DNA of 63,463 bases, counting the filler, from Craspedostauros australis (Eukaryota): assembly GCA_030167865.1 (NCBI GenBank). It is 9 parts of 9 records of this genome, joined end to end, with 100 filler letters (N's around TTAATTAATTAA, not from the genome) between each part and the next. Parts side by side here need not be neighbours in the genome. Positions count along the whole stretch, not along the records: positions 1 to 26,986 come from JALAGF010004393.1; positions 27,087 to 35,778 come from JALAGF010004396.1; 7 more parts are not named here. One strand, given 5' to 3'. Shown here piece by piece: positions 21,148 through 30,828 of the stretch (within the stretch, counting starts at the first letter, position 1; each line of letters begins with the position of its first letter). The position numbers and the translations under genes were made by a program. Under the pieces are notes generated by a model that was not told the origin of the DNA, did not search any database, and was given only the letters and a program-made list of their open reading frames with translations.

Positions 21148-22884
21148 GACAGCAACACGACCACAACAATGGCAACAACACGAATGAGACGAAATAAATG
21201 CAACGACTGAGAATGACCTGGCGCTATCGCCACCACAGACATGCCCAATCGACTATGGGGCCATGCTGCTTCGCCACTGAGGCTGTAGGTCGCACCTCCG
21301 GCAGTACGATACGCTCAAAGAGTACTGTACGACCGACAATGATGCAGAGACACGATGGGAGCCGTTTGGTTGGTGCCGATTGTCATTCTCCACAAGACAA
21401 ACCGCACGCGCACATCCAAGAACCGACCTTCCGAAAGCGCTCGTGATGTTTGCGGGACTTGGATGATCAACAAGACAGCACGCGTCCTGCTCGTCACCGT
21501 GGAGAACACTGCTGGAAGTGGAGATGGTGGATTGAAAGAACATCGATACGACTCTGCATAGTTCTCCATGATGTTGTGGAGAGGAACCGTTAGTTGTATG
21601 GTAGATTTACAGCCAGAGAAACGATTTGTTCACTCCGAGGTTTGGCGGGAAATGACCCAGGATGTCCGTGAGTCTTGGAACTCGAGAATGTGGTTTCCAT
21701 CAATGACAGCATCAAAGTCAAAACTCACGATTCCGTATTCCGAAGAAGTACCAATACAAAGATAGTATTGCACATGTGGTACCATTGAACAAGAGGACCA
21801 ACTGATGGGCATATAATACGTTTGTCCTGCCATCAGTCCGCATGCGTCACCAACACGCCACCAGCCTGCTTTTCTGTGTTCCTGCATCGCTTGGTTAAAG
21901 TGATCAATCGGGCCCTTCACGGCGCGGTTCCACTTCACGTTTGTTCCAGCGGGGAAAATTAATGTCCTTCGGCGCACAAGAATCGTCATCGAATGTCGCC
22001 TTTCGCAAAAATGGCGCGCTACCAACACAGACGTGGTCGATCCTTCGTCAGTGACGAGAAACGGGGAAACACCACAGACTACCTAAATCACCCAAAGAGA
22101 GAACGCGCGTTGCCTCGCTCTCGAAAGAGACGGAGAGAGCTCGTGCTTGAGCAACACACCCCTTGATGCTGTGTCGTGCAAGTAGAGAAGAGCGCTGTGG
22201 ACTCTTCATGACCAGAACGCTGCCTGTCGCGGTGAAGCCCATACTCGGTGTTTGTGGAGCATAAGTGAGCGCAAGTAGATTATTTATGCTGCAGAGATTA
22301 TCGGTATTACTCCTTGCGTCGCACACGCTTCCACAAAGTTCTCCGCAATGAGAGGCACCGCACAATGCTCACTCTGCTGCACGCATTGGTGTCGTGGCAT
22401 TGCTGTCGCATTCGCACGACCGCAAAAGGCCGTTCCGTGTTTGTGCTGCTGGGCGGAGAGAGTCCACAGGAATCTCTGTTTCGTGGTACCAACGCTTGAC
22501 AGGTTGTTGTGTGATCAGCCTTGGATGGTTGCGTGGCGCTCTCCGGAACAGAGAAGCGACGTTGGATAGTCATGCTGCAGGACACAGAGTTGGTGATGGA
22601 TGGCAAGGAGGCGCACAACCGAACCCTTTCCACAACCCAGAGCAGATACCGTACATTGGAGACAGGAGACAGGAGGCAGAGAGGTGGATGGACAGGGAGA
22701 CACAAATAATAGAAAGCGAGAAAGCGAGAAAGCGAGAAAGTGTGTTTGTTTGTGTGTGTGAGAGAGAGAAGGAACAGGACACCTCTTCAGAGCATCGATT
22801 GCGATCTATAGACGTACCTACGTGAACAATAACAGACGGCAACAGACGACAACAAACCGCAACAAACGACAACAAACGGCAACA

Positions 22885-25800
22885 ATGGCGACCAGGATGC
22901 TGAGATCCATCCACCAGCGGACGTCCAACATCGTGAACACGGTGGTGTACGCATCGCAGATCTTCTCGCTGCTGCAATCGCAGGAAGACGAGGAGACCTC
23001 CACCGACATCCTCTGCCGTCGCCTCTTCGAGAATGAGCAGACGTCCTTCCAGATCGGTTGGTTCGCTGCGGACTACTTCACCAAGGACGATCTGCAACGT
23101 CTCTCGTCCGCCATGAAGTGCAACACCTCGGTCAAGTTCGTCTCCGTCGGATGGTCGCTCAGGCCTCGCTCCCTGCTGGTTCTGCTCGAGGCACTGTCGC
23201 ACATGAAGCACGTGCAGGAGGTCTCTCTGGTGCTGCATGCGGACCTACCGGAGTGGATCCTCTGCGCCATCCACCAGCACTGCTCCTCCCTGCGTTCGCT
23301 CGATGTCAGGAATATCCACATCCGCAAGTGCACCACTTCGATGGAGTACTGCGGCACCCACGATCGCTCGCCTCTTTTGGGACAAGCACCATCCACCACG
23401 GCGTCTGCTTCTACTTCTGCGATGCCAAGCGCAACGCCTGCTCATGCCAACGCTGCGATGGAAACTGATCTGGACACAGCACTAGACATTGGGTTCAATC
23501 CCTACGATGATACCGACAGGTTCGATCATCACCTTCCCCATCAGCAACACCGACATCAACAGCACCAACAGCATCAACAGCACCAACAGCACAATCCATA
23601 TAGCAGCAGCAACGACACCAACGGCCAGTGTGTGAAGGGATGCAGCTTCTGGCTCTCCAAGTTCATCCCGTCGTGCTTCCTCTCCCCGCCACCATGTTTT
23701 GCATCCCGTCAGATCCTCGTCCAGGAGTATAACATCACGTGCGTGCTCCCGCATCTACTGCGTCCGCGTCCCTTCGATGATATACAGCACCACAATATGT
23801 TCGTCCCATCGACCTCCATCAACTACCATCACTACCATCCCACGGATCGTCTGCAGGTCCTCAAGCTCATGGACTGCGACCTGCAGATGGAGCAGATTGT
23901 CGAGATCAGCAACTTGCTATCGGTTCCCACTTCCCCCATCTCATACGCATCGCAGTCATCCCATCCATCCAACCGATCGACAACCGGAACAACCAGATCA
24001 ACAACCAGAACAACAACAGCAGCGACAACCAAGGCAACACAACGGCCACATCCGCATTCACATAATTCGCAGAATCCCGGCTTCTTTCTCAAGGAACTCT
24101 GCCTAGCGCACAACACCAACATGCCGGCCAAAGGACTGCAGCTGCTCCTAAAATCCAACATTCGGAAGCTTGACTTCACCGGTTGCGAGATTCCGCCGAC
24201 CAACGCCAGGGCCATGGCGGCCACCCTCGATCAAATACAAATTGCCAGAACCAACTGGTTGCATCGCCAAAGACGTCGTCAGTACAAGAAGCAACGCCAA
24301 CGATCGGTGCATTCACCATGCGAGTGTCACAAGCGCCATTCCTCCTCACGTACAAGTAGAGGCTGTCGCAGCGCAGACTTACACCAGCCCGATCCAGCCG
24401 TGCCGTCCATGCCATCCAACATAGCCACAGCAGCGATACAGACAGAAATAACAGCAAAAGCAACAGCAGAAGCAACCACAAACATGGGCGGCGTAGGCAA
24501 TGTCGATCAAACAGAGGACGCTACCATGTATCCCCTCCAAGAACTATGTTTGGCGCGCAACCAGTACCTCGGAACCGGAGTCATTCCGTTGATCCGCACA
24601 GCACGCCGCACACTGCGCACGCTCGATTTGTCCTATACAGGGTTGGACATTAAGTCCATCCTGCAGGCAATCACCGCGCCATCCACATTACCATTGCCAT
24701 CGTCGGCAGAACCGATGGATGACAGCAACAGCATTCGCAGCGGCGGGAACGCCACGAGACAGCCGCTCACCGACACCCGTACCAACGAAGGGCACGTATT
24801 GCAAGAGTTGGTGCTGCAAGGATACGACGAGTTTCCAGATTCCTGCCTGTACCACTTCTTGTGCCATCCGAGTAATCGCATCACTTCTTTGATACTCGAC
24901 AATCCCGAGGAGCGGACGGTCGTCTCGCCGAACACACTGTACCAATTGGTCGAGGGAATCGTCCACAACTACCACCTGCAAACCATCAAGCTCGAATGGG
25001 GCGATTCGTCCACGTATACTTCCTACCTGCCCCGCAACGCAACCCTTCCGAATGCCACTGGTAGCCACAGGTACATCCATCACAACGCTCTCCTCCAATC
25101 CAGATCCAGATCTGATGCCGGGGTGCCTGGCGTCGGTACCCCCGCTCTATCCACTTCGTCTGCTTCATCCTACGGCAACCTGGTATCACCGTCATCACCG
25201 CCATCACCACCATCGCTGTCGTTCGAAGCCTCGTGGTTGCAACGAACCATGGAGGATGACTACGCGAGCGCCATGCGTGACCTCAACGCAAATCCGGATC
25301 AGGACCCGGTCATGCTGCTGCCCTTTTCGTACGCCGTCTACCGCGAGCACGTCGATTTCTACTTGCTGCTCAACAAGGCAGGTCGCAAGATCCTGCTGTT
25401 GCAAGATGGAGGCATGCGCATGTGCGGGAGGGTAGATGCGGCTGTTTCCGGCGGCGCTGACAACAACTGCCCTGCTCCGTCTTGTCATCATCTCGCCGCG
25501 GCAAACGGCTCATCACGATGCCAAAGCGAAGATGCAGCACAAACAGGAGAATCAAGCGAGATGGAGCCCATCCCGGAGGACTTGCAGTGCAATCCCCATG
25601 ACGGAGACCACACCACGCCCTCATCGCAACAGCAACAGCAACATCATCAAACGCCCATGCCATGTCCCCATCCTTCCGACGATCCACACCGCAATGATGC
25701 ATCGCGAATACTCGCACATGCGCAGTGTCCAATCTGCCACCACGCAGAGGCCGCGTTGCGACCCAGGCGGATTCGCTCCAACGGAATACGCCATCGCGCA

Positions 25801-25941
25801 GTCATTTCGGGGGATGTCGCTGGCAACACTGCGACGAAGGACCTTGCGGATATCCTTGGCTCGGTCCGAGACGACATCAACGCCATGTTTTGGTTTGTCA
25901 CCAACGGGGCTCCGTTGCTATGCCGTGCCTCGAAGCAATAG
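22885..25941 (+). CDS. RNI-like leucine-rich-repeat protein (diatom-expanded type)
   Basis: Degenerate LRR strands (LRSLDV, LQVLKLMDCDL, LKELCLAHN, IRKLDFTGC, LQELCLARN, LRTLDLSYT, LQELVL, ITSLILDN) separated by low-complexity inserts. C-terminal FYLLLNKAGRKILL…DINAMFWFV motif is typical of diatom RNI-like proteins. First ATG at 22885. Confidence 0.75.
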   Translation: MATRMLRSIHQRTSNIVNTVVYASQIFSLLQSQEDEETSTDILCRRLFENEQTSFQIGWFAADYFTKDDLQRLSSAMKCNTSVKFVSVGWSLRPRSLLVLLEALSHMKHVQEVSLVLHADLPEWILCAIHQHCSSLRSLDVRNIHIRKCTTSMEYCGTHDRSPLLGQAPSTTASASTSAMPSATPAHANAAMETDLDTALDIGFNPYDDTDRFDHHLPHQQHRHQQHQQHQQHQQHNPYSSSNDTNGQCVKGCSFWLSKFIPSCFLSPPPCFASRQILVQEYNITCVLPHLLRPRPFDDIQHHNMFVPSTSINYHHYHPTDRLQVLKLMDCDLQMEQIVEISNLLSVPTSPISYASQSSHPSNRSTTGTTRSTTRTTTAATTKATQRPHPHSHNSQNPGFFLKELCLAHNTNMPAKGLQLLLKSNIRKLDFTGCEIPPTNARAMAATLDQIQIARTNWLHRQRRRQYKKQRQRSVHSPCECHKRHSSSRTSRGCRSADLHQPDPAVPSMPSNIATAAIQTEITAKATAEATTNMGGVGNVDQTEDATMYPLQELCLARNQYLGTGVIPLIRTARRTLRTLDLSYTGLDIKSILQAITAPSTLPLPSSAEPMDDSNSIRSGGNATRQPLTDTRTNEGHVLQELVLQGYDEFPDSCLYHFLCHPSNRITSLILDNPEERTVVSPNTLYQLVEGIVHNYHLQTIKLEWGDSSTYTSYLPRNATLPNATGSHRYIHHNALLQSRSRSDAGVPGVGTPALSTSSASSYGNLVSPSSPPSPPSLSFEASWLQRTMEDDYASAMRDLNANPDQDPVMLLPFSYAVYREHVDFYLLLNKAGRKILLLQDGGMRMCGRVDAAVSGGADNNCPAPSCHHLAAANGSSRCQSEDAAQTGESSEMEPIPEDLQCNPHDGDHTTPSSQQQQQHHQTPMPCPHPSDDPHRNDASRILAHAQCPICHHAEAALRPRRIRSNGIRHRAVISGDVAGNTATKDLADILGSVRDDINAMFWFVTNGAPLLCRASKQ

Positions 25942-26122
25942 AGGTTGTTTGGCCATGCTCTCGAGCTTCGGGGAAGAGGCAAGGTCTGCAACCTCCAAAC
26001 AACCGAGCACGTAAGCAGAGAAACACAGAGTAATAGAGCAGAGCAGGGTAGAGTGGGGTAGAACAGTGCAACAGCATACTATATATCTCATAAGTACAGG
26101 TATATGTAGGCAATATTTAGTG

Positions 26123-26986
26123 CTAGGTTTTTATGAGGTCGACTTGTATATCCACGTTATCAGTTTCGACGAACATGAAGTACTTCGCCCCTGCAAACAG
26201 ATGCACAGAACCGTTGTTAAAAACACCGGTAAGATGTGAGATACGGGACAGCGAAGCGTCGCATTTGATGGCAGCTGTGCCGGCCAAATAGAAGTGGACG
26301 CTCACGCGCGAAAAAGTGGTGACGGAAATCTCCAAATCGTATTCCCCAGAATCTTCCACATCCAACTCGAACCATGCCCCCAAGTGGTCTTTGTTGGTGA
26401 TAGCACCCCTGTAGTCAAAGCAGGTATCGATGGGCCCGGTGTTGCTGGAAGTCAGCGTGGCACTGAATTCACCACAGTAAACAAGGACTTCACGGCAGAA
26501 GCAGGTACCCTTGGTAGAAGGAAAATCGTCGCAACCGAGACCGAGATCATCGGTGGTGAAGCCAGCTGTCAAGAATAGCAGCTGCGCACTTGACAACTGA
26601 GTTGGATCGGACACCTGGAGGAGAAAGTCCCGTTTTGCTTCCCCGGGAACGTTGCCGAGCAAGATGATGGTCCGGGTACCAGTTGTGCAGGCGTCAATGA
26701 GATTGTTTGTTGAAGTGCAGAGGGAAGGATCGCAGTCTTCTGCATACGAAGCGGTGACCTCGGCATCGGTGATTGAGTTGGTGAATATCACAACGCTAAT
26801 GCCTTCCGTTGGAATGCGGTACCATGCACCCGACAGAGATGGTTGACCCGAGCAATCGGTAAAGACCACAGGCACCATATCAGTCTGAAGGACGTCAATC
26901 GCGGAGTCGGCCGACGGAAAGTCGGGGCATTGGCAGGACGCGTAGTTGTTGTCGTTCCCTGATGCACATGCATCTCTCATGGTCAA
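26123..26986 (-). CDS. Cys-containing extracellular repeat protein, 3' part (5' end cut by spacer)
   Basis: Frame is open from the spacer to the stop. Two similar modules (C.C…C…GAWY/GAWF…C…L.G) suggest a repeated beta-sandwich extracellular domain. A signal-like start (MRSIGLCLLSM…CDSCNC) at 27253-27087 across the spacer may be its N-terminus. Confidence 0.55.
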   Translation of the reverse strand: MTMRDACASGNDNNYASCQCPDFPSADSAIDVLQTDMVPVVFTDCSGQPSLSGAWYRIPTEGISVVIFTNSITDAEVTASYAEDCDPSLCTSTNNLIDACTTGTRTIILLGNVPGEAKRDFLLQVSDPTQLSSAQLLFLTAGFTTDDLGLGCDDFPSTKGTCFCREVLVYCGEFSATLTSSNTGPIDTCFDYRGAITNKDHLGAWFELDVEDSGEYDLEISVTTFSRVSVHFYLAGTAAIKCDASLSRISHLTGVFNNGSVHLFAGAKYFMFVETDNVDIQVDLIKT

Positions 26987-27086
26987 NNNNNNNNNNNNNN
27001 NNNNNNNNNNNNNNNNNNNNNNNNNNNNNNTTAATTAATTAANNNNNNNNNNNNNNNNNNNNNNNNNNNNNNNNNNNNNNNNNNNN
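26987..27086. other. Artificial contig spacer N44-TTAATTAATTAA-N44 (also at 35779-35878, 42453-42552, 47413-47512, 55209-55308, 57284-57383, 59460-59559, 61593-61692)
   Basis: Eight identical 100-bp blocks. The TTAATTAATTAA core places stops in all six frames, a standard contig-joining linker. Confidence 0.97.
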
Positions 27087-29540
27087 AACTTCGTGCTGCT
27101 GACGGCAGTGGATGGCAGCACATGGACGGCAGCACATGGACGACAGAGGTTCCTGCAGTTGCAACTATCGCATCCATCCGGCGCATAGCCGCACAGAGAC
27201 GCGGTCGGCAATATCTCCACCATGCTCAACAAGCAGAGACCGATCGACCGCATTGTGGAGCAGCCTTGGTCGTCCACTTTGGTATTCTTCATGCTCAGCC
27301 AATGGACTGGGTGTGAGCATGAGATTATTGGCCAGCAGGATTCCTCATCTTTGTGCGTAAGTGGGCAGAATACGCAATCACTACCACGACGCCAAGCATA
27401 TCCACCACAGCCATCATCAGCAGTATCACAGCCTGCGCCATCGCCGACGCGTACGCCATACAGCCGTTGAGGCAACCTCTGACATCGCGATGAGGAATCG
27501 TACTTGCGCATTCCAAGATGTGACACGGCCATGTACCGTTCATGGAATGTTGCAAAGGAAAGAGCAAGCATACCAGCATGCAGCAAGCGGCATCTGTTAC
27601 CGGAGAGCGAATGATTCGTGTGGGAGCAAGCTTTCAAGCGAATGAAACAACACACTCACTCTAGCACCTACCACATGGTCGCGCTGCGTAGCTCATAACA
27701 AGATGTCGCACGGCGCATCGAGCTGCATGGATGGACTCACAGTAGCGACGCTGCATTCGGATCAGGCGGCGATTGGATGGTATCGATGATGGTCACTGAT
27801 GCCACGATGTCTTCAACTCAGTTCTGAATGCCATACTTTGCAGATGGATGTGGAGTATCCAGCAAACGTGGATCGCGACACGCAACAGCTTTCAGATGCA
27901 TGGATGTGTCAACCCCGCAGGACCAAGAAGGGAGCGCAAGGCAGAAGTTTTGGAGATTGCGATGGCAGCCATGTTTCGTTGACTCGTGGCAAACGTCAAG
28001 GAGGTAGTTTGGGTGAAATCAAGAATACACATGATGATTGCATCGTCGACAGAGCGGCACGTTGCGACCCAATTGCTTTTCTTGGATAACTTCGGTGGCT
28101 CTGATATCTCTAAGACCTTTGGTCTCATGCGAAGACAGTCGTCTCTCCGACATTGCAAACCCTTGGAGTAGGCCCTCCGTCGTCAGTCGTCATGAAGTGT
28201 GTCAGGATCAATTCGTTGGATGGCATTGGATGCAGGCCACCGCTATGGCTTGCGCACTTTCAGAATGGGAACTCGATTGCTCGCCATGAGATGCACAATC
28301 CCAGCAACCGATGCAGTCTATCACAGAATGTTACATCCTGCATTGCGCTCATGCGGCGATGGCTCGCCTTTCGCAAGCGAATACCTGCGTTCACAACGAT
28401 GTACAGATTTGGGATTGTGCCCCCAGCAGGCGCTGCCTTGCTGACATGGCGTCCACGATGAGATGATGCGATCCGGAAGGCCGCATGTGGCAGCAAAATG
28501 GAGAAGCGAGGCCCAGCTATCTTGGGCAATGATGAAGTCGATTCGGCTGTACACACCAACCCACCAATCGCGACAAGAGATCGAAACGACGCAGCTCTGA
28601 CTCTCAGCCGACGACTTCAACCCCGTCGAGAGCAAGATCGATGGCCGAGTGCGCGAGTCTTCCTGCGGTACGCTGCAGTACCGTACACTGCAGACTCACA
28701 GTTGTTGGGAAAGCCGGGCACTGTTGTGAGAGCATGGTGCCAGGAGGTGCGCATCTCTCGTGAGGAGCATCATGGCAATACTTCTTCTCTCCGAGTAAGG
28801 TTGAAACCGAAAGAACTGCCTCGGACCAGCGAATTCACTCATGGGTGAAGTGGGTGGTGATGATTGGTTGATTGGAAGCTGCTCTACGTACGTACGACGA
28901 AAAGCAGCGGTGGCTATTCACGTACAATCCTGCATTGAGACAGTGTGACCTGCGAAACAAACAAGAGGCTTCGATGCGAACAGTGACATAGATCGTACCG
29001 TGCCATACGCACGAGTGTCTGTCGCAATTGTGATTGCAAAATGCCGTCTTTTTGGTTGGCAGACACTATCGGGGAAGGAAGTTGCTGACCACACTGCTCC
29101 ACGAGCCACATGCGCGAGTACCCTCGCACGAGTTACTTGTACAAGTACGATAAGAGCACGCACCTCGTATACGCAGTACTGTACTGCACCGTACCAGCCA
29201 CCGTACTTGACCAACACTGCCAACACAGATGCGTACCAGACGACCACGTGACAGCCAACCGAATTGGAGCAGTCAGGGAAAGGTCGCAAGGTCAGTTTAT
29301 CTGGACGATACAACACTTTGGATGCCCTTTTTGCAAGGGTTGGGGTGAAGATAGACACATACCATAGCGCCATCCATCGTGCCAGTACAACAAGAGCGAA
29401 CGAGAAGAGAGACTTCAAGCAAAAGGGAGGAAGGAGAGTCAACACTGCCATCACATTCATCACAACCATCACGACTGTCACAACCATCAACGCACATACT
29501 CGAGCACATTCAGACACACGACAAGCAGCCCATAACGAGT

Positions 29541-29936
29541 ATGTGCCAACCAACCTCTCGAGCTTCGATCCCCTGCGCCTTCATCTTGCGGGACACAGAT
29601 AGGTCCCCGCCACTGTCTCCACAGTTAGATGGCAGCGAACAAAGTGGGATTTCGCGACTGTCACACCCGCTGTTATTGCAACTGTCATCATCGTGGATGG
29701 AATCGCCGCCGCGGCGCAAGGCAATTGCACAAACTGGCTTTGACACGACGGAACTGATCGGATCTTCCACAGCAATATCTTCTGACAAGCTACAGCATGT
29801 ATCGGTGCAAAGTATCATCCAAGATGTTCTAGATATCATCGATGAAGACCTGGAAGCATCATGCATCTTCACGAACGACGACGCGCCAGCGAACAACAGC
29901 CGAGATGGAAGCGATAGATTCAGCTCTCGCATGTGA
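29541..29936 (+). CDS. Small disordered protein with acidic amphipathic motif (SIIQDVLDIIDEDL)
   Basis: ATG (MCQP…) follows a CA-rich leader; 131 aa, Ser/Pro-rich; motif resembles that in 34996..35589. Confidence 0.5.
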   Translation: MCQPTSRASIPCAFILRDTDRSPPLSPQLDGSEQSGISRLSHPLLLQLSSSWMESPPRRKAIAQTGFDTTELIGSSTAISSDKLQHVSVQSIIQDVLDIIDEDLEASCIFTNDDAPANNSRDGSDRFSSRM

Positions 29937-30828
29937 GGGTTGAGGTGCGCCCAATGCCTGGGTGGGACAAGATCAATCCATCACCGTCGCTGAATAGACA
30001 GCAATCCTGAAGTTTCGACAACGGCGACCAACGCAAGGCGCTGACTGCAATTCGGAGCAAGGGATGCACATCATGAGCATGGGCTTGAGTGCTGCAGATT
30101 CAAATGGTGAGCAAGGTCAATGAAGAGCCAGGTGCCTCACGATCGGAGATTATCCAACACGCATGGTGGAGCAGGATCGACCAAAACGGCTGTCTTGGTC
30201 TGTGCGGCACGAGGATACCAAATCGAAAGACAGGAACGCAAACTTCAAGGGAAGGGAAGGGAAGGGGGACAAGGCGAGCTTAACAATTATACCGAACAAA
30301 TAGCAAACTGTAGTGCACATGACAAATACGAGCTTGTAGCGTCGCACGGCTGAGGGTTTTCTGACTGGCAACAACCTCTCTAGAGAGAGTGCGAGTGTTT
30401 CTTGCTGCCGCTTTCCTGACTGTCGACATCGCATTCGCCACATACCACAGCCAATATCGCTATCATACATGATCAGCAGCTTGGTCCACCATACATCCTA
30501 TTATATTATGCCATAGAACGAGTAGCTACCACCTCTACTCGTAGCGTGCTCGTAGTTTGGCTTGCGCGTACGACTAATCGTGTGCCCGGGATGTCAGCTC
30601 ATGATCGTACCTGGGTTCGTGTCTTTCCGGGGAGGTACTTGATTAGGCTCAATTTGATGGGTGACGTCAGGTTGGCTCACTCTCCCACAACAGGAACGTC
30701 AAAGAACAGAACCAGCACAAAACCCATCACAACCTGTTGCCAATGTGCTGCGATGGTTGTTGTCGCCATCCAACCTCCACAATCGCAGACTCGGTGACAC
30801 GTCTCGCAGCGACCTGCAAAGTGCGGAG

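Noticed and set aside
21169..22700. Possible gene after the tandem duplication
   Set aside because: Only short ORFs on both strands, with no recognisable motif or consistent exon chain.
27031..27042. Recurring palindrome TTAATTAATTAA as a biological repeat or CRISPR-like element
   Set aside because: It is always centred in an identical 100-bp N block, so it is an assembly linker. ORFs ending in …XXXLIN are artefacts of it.
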